DNA of 64,000 nt from an uncultured Saprospiraceae bacterium (lineage in GTDB: Bacteria > Bacteroidota > Bacteroidia > Chitinophagales > Saprospiraceae): NCBI GenBank assembly GCA_964495785.1, contig CAZBXL010000001.1, positions 44,406-108,405 on the forward strand, given 5' to 3'. Every line of letters begins with the position of its first letter. The first letter of the stretch is position 1. This document shows, piece after piece, positions 49,176-58,466 of this stretch. A program made the position numbers and the translations under genes. The notes below the pieces were generated by a model. That model was not told the origin of the DNA and searched no databases. It worked only from the letters and a program-made list of their open reading frames with translations.

Positions 49176-49228
49176 GTGATGGTAACATTCAATTAACATT
49201 GAATTAAGATTAGCATCACATTTTTTTT
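49176..49228 (+). terminator. Two-tier A/T-rich hairpin followed by T8; intrinsic-terminator-like element in the pdxJ-susC spacer
   Basis: Outer stem gtgatg (49176-49181) / catcac (49214-49219). Inner stem attcaat (49187-49193) / attgaat (49198-49204). Then tttttttt at 49221-49228. Confidence 0.35.
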
Positions 49229-49409
49229 GCATTCAGATATTTTCGTCTAATTTAGATAATCAATAAATCAAACTTATACATCGACAACCTTAATACACTT
49301 AGTAAATTCTTAGTATCAATTTCTATCATCTCATGTACCCATCTAAGTGTTCCCATAAGGTAAATAACAACTACGGATAAAACATTTTTTTATAATCAAA
49401 CAACATGCT

Positions 49410-52400
49410 ATGAAAAAAGTATTTCTACTTTTTACACTTTTCTTTGCTTGTATTGCAGTGTCCTTTGGCCAAAAATCGGTCAATGGTGTCATTGTAGACA
49501 ATGATGGCCTTCCAGTTATTGGAGCCAATGTTCTTGTTAAAGGAACTACAATAGGAACAATCACTGACATTGATGGTTCTTTCTCTCTTGACGTCCCACA
49601 GGGTAGCAACACGATTGTTGTAAGTTACACAGGATTTAGCACGCAAGAGATTGATGTAATGTCTACTTCTGGACCGCTCAATCTCACACTTGAACAAGGT
49701 GAGCTGCTAGACGAAGTCGTCGTAACAGCAGGTGGACTTGAACGTAATAAATCAAGATTGGGTTACGCTATTCAGAACGTAGACCCAGATGATTTACTTG
49801 CATCCAAAGAGACTAACATCGTAGATGCCCTTAACTCTAAGGTTGCTGGAGTGACCGTAGTGAGTAGTTCGGGATCTCCGGGAGCTTCATCTAATATCAG
49901 AATTAGAGGAAGCGTTTCTATTAATGGTTCAAATAGCCCATTATTTGTAATAGATGGTATTCCTATTGATAATACTTCTGTAGGAAATGGTGTAGATGGT
50001 GTCGATAACTCTAATAGAGCTATAGATATTAATCCAAATGACATCGCGGATCTTACAGTTTTGAAGGGCCCTTCTGCGACAGCTCTATATGGAGTAAGAG
50101 CAGCAAATGGAGCTATTATTATAACTACTAAGAGAGGTCAAGCTGGAAAGCCGCAGGTAACTATTACCTCAAGCTACAGCATCGATCAAGCTAATAAGTT
50201 TCCAGAAAGACAGAGCGAATGGGCTCAAGGAGCTTTATCTGGCGGAGAATATATTTATAGAGGACCTGAGACAGCTGAGGGAGACTCTTGGGGACCAAGA
50301 CTTTCAGAATTAGAATATGATGGACAGCCATCTGACTTTGATGTAAAAGGAAATTTAGTTCCTATCGGGTCTGGTAACGGAGTACCTGCTGAAGCATATG
50401 ATCCATACACGTTTTTTGTAAATGGTAATTCATACAATCTAGGTGCATCGGTAGCAGGTGGTTCTGATAATTTCAGATATTTTATTTCTGCTGATCAAAC
50501 TAAAAATAATGGAATAGTACCTACATCTTCATTCGAAAGAAATTCATTTAGAATTAATGTTGATACTGATATTTCAGACAGACTTACTGTGGGTATGAAT
50601 ATGAACTATGTTCAATCAGGGGGTAATCGTATCCAAAGAGGATCTAATCTTCAAGGAGTTATGCTTGGGCTATTAAGAAACCCAGCTAGTTTTGATATCG
50701 GAAACGGACTCGAAGGTAATGAGGCTGCTGATGATCCAACGACGTACATTAGAGAGTCGGATGGTGGTCAGAGATCATACAGATCAGGTATCTATGATAA
50801 CCCATATTGGACAGTTAATAAGAACCCATCTACTGATGATGTAAATAGAGTCATCGGTAGCACTTTTGCCAACTATGGTATTACTGATAATCTTTCTTTA
50901 GGCCTTAGAATTGGAGTTGATAATTATACTGATAGAAGAAACGGAGCTATAGATATCAATCCAGGTAGAGGCGTAGGTTCTGTATTTCAATACACTATAA
51001 CTAATAGAGATATCAATTCTGATTTCTTCCTTAATTATGATAATTATATTACTGATGATTTAAATGTTACGGCAACTTTAGGTCTTAATAATTATGATCA
51101 CAGGTATATAGCACAATTTACTGATGGTACAACTTTAGCAGCACCTAATTTTTATCACATTAGTAATGCTACAGATCTAATTTCATCTGAGGATGTGTTG
51201 ACTAAAAAATTATCTGGGGTTTATGCAACTACAGATTTTGGATACCGAAATTTTGCACTTCTTAATTTAACTGTCAGAAATGATTGGTCTTCAATATTAC
51301 CTACGGATAATAATACATTCCTTTCTTACTCAGCATCTTTAGGATTAGTGGTGACTGAGTTTTTAAATATTGACAATAACATTTTAGATTATGCTAAACT
51401 AAGAGCTTCTTACGGTAAGGTAGGAAATGATGGAGGAGATGCATTCATATATGCATCTACGAATACATTCGCTCAAGCGGTATCAGGTGGTGATGGATTT
51501 ATTGATGGTGTATTCTTTCCAGCATATGGAACTAATGCATTTGAGAGATCAACACAATTAGGAAATGCTGCATTGAGACCTGAGAAAACAACGACCTATG
51601 AATATGGTGCAGAATTGAAATTCCTCAGAGGTAGATTAGGAGCAGATATAAATTACTTCACATCAAGATCTGAAGATCAAATCATAGCAGTTAATTTATC
51701 GGCTGCAACAGGATTTACATCATCAGTTCAGAATGCTGGAACAATTACTAACAAAGGTTGGGAGATTACATTAAGTGGTACTCCAGTAAGAAAGAAAAAT
51801 TTTGAATGGGATGTCGACGTTAATTTCACTCAGATTGAAAATGTCGTAGAAGAATTAACTGAAGGAGTAGAAGAAATTTTCCTTGCAGGATTTACGTCTA
51901 CTTCTGTTAGAGCCGTTGCTGGATCTCCTTTTAGTGCTATTTACGGTACAGGATTCCAAAGAAATGATGATGGCAGAGTTATAGTTGGAGCTGATGGATT
52001 TCCTCTTTCAGACCCTACACCAAGACCACTCGGTGATCCTAATCCTGATTTTATATTGGGTATCAATAATAGTTTTAGAATAGGTAGCGTCAGAATCGGA
52101 GCCCTCTTAGATGTAAGACAAGGTGGTGATGTATGGTGTGGTACTTGTGGAATTATGGATTTCTTTGGAACGTCAAGAGTATCTGGTGACCAGAGAGAAG
52201 ATGTTGTAGTATTTGATGGAGTTAAGGAAGTAGGATCTGACGTAGAAGGTAATCCTATCTATGCAGAAAATGATCTTGCAGTAGCGCTGGCTGATACTAA
52301 TGGTGCAGAAGGAAATATCTACTGGAGAAGATATGGATTCGGTGGAATCGGTGAAATGAGTATCTACGATGCTTCTTGGATTAGATTAAGACAAGTCTCA

Positions 52401-52616
52401 GTTGGATTCATTGTACCTAAGATTGCACTTTTAGAGAATCTTAACTTCGGTGATGCTGAGATAACATTAACTGGAAGAAACCTATGGCTAAACACAGATT
52501 ATCCTGGAGTTGATCCAGAAACTAATCTAACTGGTGCTTCTAACGGTTTTGGGCTAGACTACTTTAATATGCCTAATACTAAAAGTTACACAGCTACTTT
52601 AAAATTGACATTTTAA
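49410..52616 (+). CDS. SusC/RagA-family TonB-dependent outer-membrane transporter
   Basis: Signal peptide, CarboxypepD_reg-like domain (VNGVIVDNDGLPVIGANVLVKGTTIGTITDIDGSF), TonB box DEVVVTA, plug (NIRIRG..., VLKGPSATALYGVRAANGAIIITTKRG), and terminal LKLTF. No STN/anti-sigma N-terminal extension. Confidence 0.93.
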   Translation: MKKVFLLFTLFFACIAVSFGQKSVNGVIVDNDGLPVIGANVLVKGTTIGTITDIDGSFSLDVPQGSNTIVVSYTGFSTQEIDVMSTSGPLNLTLEQGELLDEVVVTAGGLERNKSRLGYAIQNVDPDDLLASKETNIVDALNSKVAGVTVVSSSGSPGASSNIRIRGSVSINGSNSPLFVIDGIPIDNTSVGNGVDGVDNSNRAIDINPNDIADLTVLKGPSATALYGVRAANGAIIITTKRGQAGKPQVTITSSYSIDQANKFPERQSEWAQGALSGGEYIYRGPETAEGDSWGPRLSELEYDGQPSDFDVKGNLVPIGSGNGVPAEAYDPYTFFVNGNSYNLGASVAGGSDNFRYFISADQTKNNGIVPTSSFERNSFRINVDTDISDRLTVGMNMNYVQSGGNRIQRGSNLQGVMLGLLRNPASFDIGNGLEGNEAADDPTTYIRESDGGQRSYRSGIYDNPYWTVNKNPSTDDVNRVIGSTFANYGITDNLSLGLRIGVDNYTDRRNGAIDINPGRGVGSVFQYTITNRDINSDFFLNYDNYITDDLNVTATLGLNNYDHRYIAQFTDGTTLAAPNFYHISNATDLISSEDVLTKKLSGVYATTDFGYRNFALLNLTVRNDWSSILPTDNNTFLSYSASLGLVVTEFLNIDNNILDYAKLRASYGKVGNDGGDAFIYASTNTFAQAVSGGDGFIDGVFFPAYGTNAFERSTQLGNAALRPEKTTTYEYGAELKFLRGRLGADINYFTSRSEDQIIAVNLSAATGFTSSVQNAGTITNKGWEITLSGTPVRKKNFEWDVDVNFTQIENVVEELTEGVEEIFLAGFTSTSVRAVAGSPFSAIYGTGFQRNDDGRVIVGADGFPLSDPTPRPLGDPNPDFILGINNSFRIGSVRIGALLDVRQGGDVWCGTCGIMDFFGTSRVSGDQREDVVVFDGVKEVGSDVEGNPIYAENDLAVALADTNGAEGNIYWRRYGFGGIGEMSIYDASWIRLRQVSVGFIVPKIALLENLNFGDAEITLTGRNLWLNTDYPGVDPETNLTGASNGFGLDYFNMPNTKSYTATLKLTF

Positions 52617-52639
52617 TTAAAATTCAAATTTTTTATAAA

Positions 52640-54010
52640 ATGAAAAAAAATAAATTTTTAATATTATTCCTTCTGTTAGGATTAGGTATAAACCAATCTT
52701 GTACGGATGGATTCGAGGAGGCTAACACTGATCCTACTTCTCTTACTGACGTAGAGTTAAACCTCCAATTACCTGAAATCTTAGCTTCATCTGCTTTTAA
52801 TGCGGGTGCTAACCAAAATAGAATCGCAGGACTTGTTATGCAACAATTTTTTGGATTAGATGCACAGCAAGAAGCATACATGAGATACGTGTTACCAGAA
52901 AATACTGTTGATAATTATTGGCAATTAGGTCTTTATTCAGGAGTCCTAAGAAGCTGTACTGTAATTTCTGACAAAGCAGCGGAAACGAATGCACCCTTCT
53001 ATGGGGCAGTTGCAGATATTGTATTAGCAAATCAGTTAGGTATAGCGACATCATTTTTTGGTGACATGCCTTTCTCTGAAGCATTTCAAGGAGTTGATGT
53101 TCTACAACCTCGTTATGATAGTCAGGAGTCAATCTATGCTAGCGTGCAGTCATTATTAGATGGAGCCATATCAACTTTATCAGGCTTAACTGATTCAGGA
53201 GGTTATTTTGGTGGAGATCTCATCTATGATGGCGATTCTGATCTATGGATAAAAACGGCTAGAGGACTCAAAGCGAGATTTCTATTACATACGGTAAAAC
53301 GTGATCCAAGTGCTGCTCAAGCAGCAATGACGAATGCTTCTCAATCTTACGCATCTAATGCAGAGAACTGCAGTTTTGCTTTTGGATTAGCAGCAACAGA
53401 CAATTACAGTCTTGCTCAGTTTGGATTACAAAGACCAGGAACCTTAGGGTTTAATTCTGGATTTGCAGATATGTTAGCTGACGATCCAAGATTGCCTTTC
53501 TATACGGATGCAAACTTAGATTTCTTTGATGCTGCTAATGCTAATCTTGTATGGGCTAAGAATGATGCAGTAATACCTCTTATGTCACACGTAGAGGTAG
53601 CATTCATTATGGCAGAACTTACTGCTCTTGGAGGTGGTGATGCAACTGCTCAACTAGAGACAGCTATCAGATCAAGTATGGAATTAGTTGGCGTAACTGA
53701 CCAAGATGCGATAACTGCGTACGTTACGTCTGCAACTGCTAATGTAACAGCGAGTACTGTTGTAGAAGAAGCTTATAAGGCATACTATGGATTTAATTTT
53801 CATGAGACATGGTCTAATTGGAGAAGAACAGGTTCGCCAGCTCTTACAGTAAGACCTGATGGTTCTTCTGATTTTATGTCTAGCCTTGTTATACCACAAA
53901 GATTATTCTACGGTGATAGCGAGTCTACTACTAATTCAGCTAATGTAGAAGCAGCTCAAGCAGCTCAGGGTGGGGGATTATTAGATGTTCCTGTTTGGGC
54001 TTTCCAATAA
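52640..54010 (+). CDS. SusD/RagB-family (SusD-like_2 type) nutrient-binding lipoprotein
   Basis: Lipobox ...GINQSC, position 23 nt after susC, and C-terminal ...NWRRTG.P.L motif region (WSNWRRTGSPALT). Confidence 0.8.
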   Translation: MKKNKFLILFLLLGLGINQSCTDGFEEANTDPTSLTDVELNLQLPEILASSAFNAGANQNRIAGLVMQQFFGLDAQQEAYMRYVLPENTVDNYWQLGLYSGVLRSCTVISDKAAETNAPFYGAVADIVLANQLGIATSFFGDMPFSEAFQGVDVLQPRYDSQESIYASVQSLLDGAISTLSGLTDSGGYFGGDLIYDGDSDLWIKTARGLKARFLLHTVKRDPSAAQAAMTNASQSYASNAENCSFAFGLAATDNYSLAQFGLQRPGTLGFNSGFADMLADDPRLPFYTDANLDFFDAANANLVWAKNDAVIPLMSHVEVAFIMAELTALGGGDATAQLETAIRSSMELVGVTDQDAITAYVTSATANVTASTVVEEAYKAYYGFNFHETWSNWRRTGSPALTVRPDGSSDFMSSLVIPQRLFYGDSESTTNSANVEAAQAAQGGGLLDVPVWAFQ

Positions 54011-54032
54011 ATTTTATTGGTCGATTTATAAA

Positions 54033-54713
54033 ATGAAAAGAACAATTCTATTGATTAATATAATTCTCCTTGTGTGTATTTCATCATATACACAAGGAGA
54101 GTTCTTCACGATTAATCATGGGTCTAAAGTAATTTTATATGAGTCCAAAATTGAGAAATCAGATGAGTACTATCTTTCAAGTCAGAACAAAAAATTAAAT
54201 GTTTATTTGAAGGATAATGACGATCCTATAATGTACCAAGGCAAAATTGATTTAGTCAATAAATGTGTCGAGATCGAAGTCTTAGAACGGTATGGTGAGT
54301 TACCTTACTTCAGAATGGATTCTTTAATAGTACTAGATAATGAAGTAATAAATAACACCAAGTTCTACAACGGATTAATATTTGGCCATAACAAAGCTGA
54401 TTTGTTATTAGAGTTAATGCATGATGGAGATTCTAAATTATTTAAAACCTATCAGCTTAAAACTAAGAGAGCTAATTATAATCCTGTTTTAGCTACCGGT
54501 TCAAAAACAGATTCTTATGTCAAAAAAGATGTGTTTTACTTTTATAATTCTCGATTGGGATTAGTTGAGATTCCAAGTAAGAATAAGGAATTTAAACTAT
54601 TTCTAAAGACAAACACAACTGTAGAATTTAAAAAACTAAAGAATAAATTAAAGCCTAACAAATTAGATGATCTCATACTCTTATCTAATTATTTAAAAAT
54701 TAATAAAGCATAA
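54033..54713 (+). CDS. Hypothetical exported K/N-rich protein in the SusCD operon
   Basis: ATG 54033 (MKRTILLINIILLVCISSYTQ signal peptide / possible lipobox) is preferred to the track start 53985, which overlaps susD. Visibly more A/T-rich than its neighbours. Confidence 0.55.
   Translation: MKRTILLINIILLVCISSYTQGEFFTINHGSKVILYESKIEKSDEYYLSSQNKKLNVYLKDNDDPIMYQGKIDLVNKCVEIEVLERYGELPYFRMDSLIVLDNEVINNTKFYNGLIFGHNKADLLLELMHDGDSKLFKTYQLKTKRANYNPVLATGSKTDSYVKKDVFYFYNSRLGLVEIPSKNKEFKLFLKTNTTVEFKKLKNKLKPNKLDDLILLSNYLKINKA
54065..54100 (+). other. Strong 15-bp RNA/DNA hairpin inside the 5' end of ORF 54033..54713
   Basis: 54065-54079 tctccttgtgtgtat pairs with 54086-54100 atatacacaaggaga (14 Watson-Crick pairs plus 1 G-U). 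The loop is ttcatc. No T-run follows. Confidence 0.7.
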
Positions 54714-54716
54714 AAA

Positions 54717-55556
54717 ATGATAAAATTTAATCGTTTCATAATATTGTCTTTGTTTGCAATGCTCATTGCGAGTTGTGCAGACTCAGATTTTGAATCTACT
54801 ACATTTCCAGAGAACGCTTTTGAAGTAAAGGGTGCAGTTGTATCTGTTGCTGATGTCGTTACTGGTTTTTATAATTTACAAGATCCTGCTACTGCATCGA
54901 TAGGATTTACAGTAGATACTAAAGGGGAAACAGTTAACTCTGTAGATATCTTTAAAAGTTATAATGGCAGTGAGCCCGTGCTATTTAGAACGGTGACAGA
55001 TTTGCCTGGAACTCTTACAGTTCCTTTAGCTGATGCTGCTGATGGTTTAGTCAGTGTTGACGATTTAGAAGTTGCAGATTTTTTCACATTTACATTTGCG
55101 GCTACGACGCCAAGTGGAACTTTCCCATCAGGAAGTTCGCTACAAGTTGACGTCAGTTGCCCTTCTGATATTGCAGGTACATATACATTTGTTTCAACTA
55201 ATTTAGCTGCGGATAATTCGCCATATGATTGCCCTAATGGTGAGGTCACAGGGGAAGTAACATTCACCGATTTAGGCGGAGGACAATACTTAGTTTCTGA
55301 CTTAGGATTTGGGCAGTATGAATCTACGTGTTGGAGTGATGGTCCAGCAACGAGTGATGCTGCGATTATCACGGACTTATGTAATCAGATTTTTTCTGGT
55401 GGTTTAGATCAATATTCTTTGGTGTATACTTGGGTTATTACTGATGTAAGTGGACCAGATTTGAGTATAAGCTGGAGTAATGATTATGCTGATAGGGGAG
55501 ATGTAGTTGTTACACGTCCTGATGGTAGTGACTGGCCAGCATTATTTACAAACTAA
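54717..55556 (+). CDS. Surface-lipoprotein candidate of unknown function (last gene of the SusCD operon)
   Basis: Lipobox MLIASC followed by acidic ADSDFE (Bacteroidota lipoprotein export-signal-like). A T/S/G/D-rich beta-type sequence with 4 Cys in the C-terminal half. Starts 3 nt after the upstream stop. Confidence 0.65.
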   Translation: MIKFNRFIILSLFAMLIASCADSDFESTTFPENAFEVKGAVVSVADVVTGFYNLQDPATASIGFTVDTKGETVNSVDIFKSYNGSEPVLFRTVTDLPGTLTVPLADAADGLVSVDDLEVADFFTFTFAATTPSGTFPSGSSLQVDVSCPSDIAGTYTFVSTNLAADNSPYDCPNGEVTGEVTFTDLGGGQYLVSDLGFGQYESTCWSDGPATSDAAIITDLCNQIFSGGLDQYSLVYTWVITDVSGPDLSISWSNDYADRGDVVVTRPDGSDWPALFTN

Positions 55557-55577
55557 TGTTATATTAAAATAGATTAT

Positions 55578-55620
55578 AAATCCTTTATCAAATTAGCAAT
55601 ACTTTGATAAAGGATTTTTT
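55578..55620 (+). terminator. Rho-independent terminator ending the SusCD operon
   Basis: Perfect 15-bp stem aaatcctttatcaaa (55578-55592) / tttgataaaggattt (55603-55617) with a 10-nt loop. The T-run extends to 55620. Confidence 0.8.
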
Positions 55621-55624
55621 AATT

Positions 55625-57283
55625 ATGGAAAAACGATTTCTTTCATACAAACAAGTACTAATTCTGTTTTCATTGATTGCGAATTTTAATGTTCATAGTC
55701 AGGAGAATACGGTTGGAGTTTTAACCTATGATAAAGAAGAAACTTTTGATGGGTACAATCTTATATATCCTAACTTTCAATCTGATGTTTTTCTCATTGA
55801 CAATTGCGGACAGGTTATTCATAGATGGACAGATGAAGAAAGTAATAGGCCAGGTAACTCTGCCTATATTTTAAATGACGGCACGTTACTCAAAACCAAA
55901 AGGCCAAGCTCATCCCCAGTCTCATCGTTCTCCAATGGAGGGGCTGGAGGTATCATTGAGTTGAGATCATGGGATAATGATATCATATGGTCCAAGACAA
56001 TTTTAGATTCACTCGAAAGAGCTCACCATGATATTGAACCTATGCCTAATGGCAATATACTCGTAATAGCATGGGAAAGAATTTTTAAAGAAGAACTTAT
56101 TACTGCAGGTCGGGATACGACACTCATCCCTAATTTCGAATTATGGCCAGACTTTATACGAGAATACAATCCGTATAATGATAGTATAGTCTGGGAGTGG
56201 CATGCATGGGATCACATCGTTCAAGACTTTGACGCAACCAAAGAGAATTATGGAATTGTCAGCGAGCACCCAGAATTAATTGACATTAATTATGATCTTA
56301 ATTTTCATGGAGGTAGACCTGACTTTATGCATTCTAACTCTATAGATTATAATCCTGAGCTAGATCAAATTCTTCTATCCGTTGCATTCTTTGATGAAAT
56401 TTGGATAATAGATCATAGTACAACTACAGACGAAGCGGCATCTCATTCTGGTGGTAATATGAATATGGGTGGGGATTTACTTTATAGGTGGGGTAATCCT
56501 CGAGCCTACAAGTCGGGAACTCAAGACGATCAAAAATTATTTTTTCAACATGATGCAGAATGGATTACCGATCCCTTATTAGCATCTACACCATATTATA
56601 ATGATATTATTGTATTTAATAATAGAGTAAGTGATGATCATTCCTCAATTAATATTCTAAATCCTAATCCAGGTAATTATCAAGGACCAGACAGAACATA
56701 TCCTCCTGAAAATTTTTCATTAAGTCTAACACACCCGATGAAAGAAAACCTTTATTCCACAAGTATGTCAAGTGTACAATACTTACCCAATGAGAATTTT
56801 TTGATTTGTTCTTCTCGTTCCGGTTATAGCTTTGAAATGAATATAGATCAGGAGATATTCTGGGAATACAAACTCCCATTAAGTAATGGATTTCCTATTT
56901 CGCAAGGTGATCAAGTTCTTTTTGGGAATAATATGCACTTTAGAATTGATAGATATCCTATTGACTTCTCTGGGTTCGAAGGAAAAAACTTTACAAACTA
57001 CGGATACTTAGAGTTGAATCCTTCACAAGAATTTTGTGATCTGACAGATGTACAAGATGTGATAACACCACATGTAGAATTATTTCCAAACCCTTCCTAC
57101 GATAGAGAAATAACAATTACAGGAGCAGATAATCAAGTAATAGACTTGTATGACTCTAATGGCTCGAAAGAAATTTCCTTTTTAGCTGACTCAAATAGAG
57201 TTTTGGTAGATCTGTCGCATATGAGGTCGGGCTTATATATAGTCAAGTTTGGCAGCACAACTAAAAAGCTAATTCTATTTTAA
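55625..57283 (+). CDS. Arylsulfotransferase (ASST)-like beta-propeller protein with a T9SS type-A C-terminal sorting domain
   Basis: AHHDIEPMPNGNILV, VWEWHAWDHIV, DFMHSNSIDYNPELDQILLS and IWIIDHSTT recall the ASST family. CTD VELFPNPSYDREITI...SGLYIVKFGSTTKKLILF. ATG 55625 is used because the track start 55604 lies inside the terminator stem. Confidence 0.55.
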   Translation: MEKRFLSYKQVLILFSLIANFNVHSQENTVGVLTYDKEETFDGYNLIYPNFQSDVFLIDNCGQVIHRWTDEESNRPGNSAYILNDGTLLKTKRPSSSPVSSFSNGGAGGIIELRSWDNDIIWSKTILDSLERAHHDIEPMPNGNILVIAWERIFKEELITAGRDTTLIPNFELWPDFIREYNPYNDSIVWEWHAWDHIVQDFDATKENYGIVSEHPELIDINYDLNFHGGRPDFMHSNSIDYNPELDQILLSVAFFDEIWIIDHSTTTDEAASHSGGNMNMGGDLLYRWGNPRAYKSGTQDDQKLFFQHDAEWITDPLLASTPYYNDIIVFNNRVSDDHSSINILNPNPGNYQGPDRTYPPENFSLSLTHPMKENLYSTSMSSVQYLPNENFLICSSRSGYSFEMNIDQEIFWEYKLPLSNGFPISQGDQVLFGNNMHFRIDRYPIDFSGFEGKNFTNYGYLELNPSQEFCDLTDVQDVITPHVELFPNPSYDREITITGADNQVIDLYDSNGSKEISFLADSNRVLVDLSHMRSGLYIVKFGSTTKKLILF

Positions 57284-57355
57284 GTAAGGATTCTTAGAGT
57301 ACACCCACTCTACTTTGGCTCTTTTTTTGATGATCATATTATAAATATTGATAAT

Positions 57356-58270
57356 ATGATTGGTTTATCGGCGTCCTCTAACATTGATTCTTATATCAAT
57401 TACCTTAGGCATGAAAAAAGGTATTCACAACATACCTTATCCTCGTATAAAAATGATTTAGACCAATTTCAGTTCTTTGTGAGAAAGACTTATCCTGACG
57501 CCTCTCTTTCTGATATTACCCATAATCATATAAGATCTTGGATGGTGGAATTAGTCAATAATAATATCACCTCTAAGTCTATTAACAGAAAGATATCATC
57601 TCTAAGATCTTACTATAATTACCTTCTTAAGCAAGAAATAGTGGCTAAGAATCCTACGATTAAGATTATAACACCTAAAATCCCAAAACGTCTACCAGAA
57701 TTTATTCAAGAGAAAAACATAGCTCAGTTATTTGATAATCTTATAGAAGGCGATTTTGAGGAATTTAGAGATAGATTGATAATTGAGCTTTTCTATATCA
57801 CTGGAATGAGAAAAATAGAACTTATAAACTTATCTGATGATGATATCGACATGTCTAATAATGTTGTTAAGGTTATGGGTAAGGGAAATAAAGAAAGATT
57901 ATGTCCACTTTCAGGTAGTATTCTATCAAAAATTAATAGGTATAAGGAGTTAAGAGATTCTTTCTTCGAAGGAGGCTTGCAGTCAAAGCACTTATTTGTG
58001 ACATCCAAGGGAGCTAAAATGTATCCAAAATTTGTCTACAATCTTGTAAAGTCTTATTTATCTACGATAACGACCTCAAACAAACGATCTCCTCATATAC
58101 TTAGGCACAGCTTTGCCACACATCTTATGAATGGGGGAGCGGATTTAAATGCAGTAAAAGAGCTACTTGGTCATGCTAACTTAGCGGCTACCCAGATCTA
58201 TACTCATAATTCAATCGAGAAACTCAAAGAAGTGTATAAAAATGCCCACCCCAAGTCAGAAAATAAATAA
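57356..58270 (+). CDS. Tyrosine site-specific recombinase, XerC/XerD-like
   Basis: N-terminal SAM-like core-binding domain (YLRHEKRYSQHTLSSYKNDL). Catalytic RHSFATHLMNGGADLNAVKELLGHANLAATQIYTH (R..H-x-x-R..Y). Confidence 0.85.
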   Translation: MIGLSASSNIDSYINYLRHEKRYSQHTLSSYKNDLDQFQFFVRKTYPDASLSDITHNHIRSWMVELVNNNITSKSINRKISSLRSYYNYLLKQEIVAKNPTIKIITPKIPKRLPEFIQEKNIAQLFDNLIEGDFEEFRDRLIIELFYITGMRKIELINLSDDDIDMSNNVVKVMGKGNKERLCPLSGSILSKINRYKELRDSFFEGGLQSKHLFVTSKGAKMYPKFVYNLVKSYLSTITTSNKRSPHILRHSFATHLMNGGADLNAVKELLGHANLAATQIYTHNSIEKLKEVYKNAHPKSENK

Positions 58271-58293
58271 TTTAAATAATTTTCATTTTACAG

Positions 58294-58324
58294 TTTATAT
58301 ATATTGGAAAAATATCTATTTTTG
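58294..58324 (+). promoter_or_regulatory. Candidate promoter of the tRNA-tuf cluster (-33 TTTA, -7 TATTTTTG)
   Basis: tatttttg at 58317-58324 matches TAnnTTTG. ttta at 58294-58297 lies 19 nt upstream. The first tRNA starts 38 nt downstream. Confidence 0.35.
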
Positions 58325-58361
58325 CATTCGCTTTGAAGAAAGCTATGACAGTTAGTCAAAT

Positions 58362-58435
58362 GCCGATGTAGCTCAGTTGGCCAGAGCAGCTGATTTGTAA
58401 TCAGCGGGTCGGGGGTTCGAATCCCTCCATCGGCT
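58362..58435 (+). tRNA. tRNA-Thr (anticodon TGT)
   Basis: Hand-folded cloverleaf. Acceptor gccgatg/catcggc, anticodon stem gctga/tcagc with loop tttgtaa, T-loop ttcgaat. CCA is encoded after discriminator T. Confidence 0.93.
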
Positions 58436-58466
58436 CCATTTAGAGAAGATAATTGCAGGGAAGATA

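Noticed and set aside
48976-49409. Riboswitch (cobalamin, TPP or similar) upstream of the TonB-dependent transporter
   Set aside because: I could not find a B12-box-like GCCACTG/AGYCMGG core, a TPP CTGAGA motif, or any multi-stem conserved architecture. There are only short A/T-rich hairpins. The gene is a SusC-type transporter, not a BtuB-type one.
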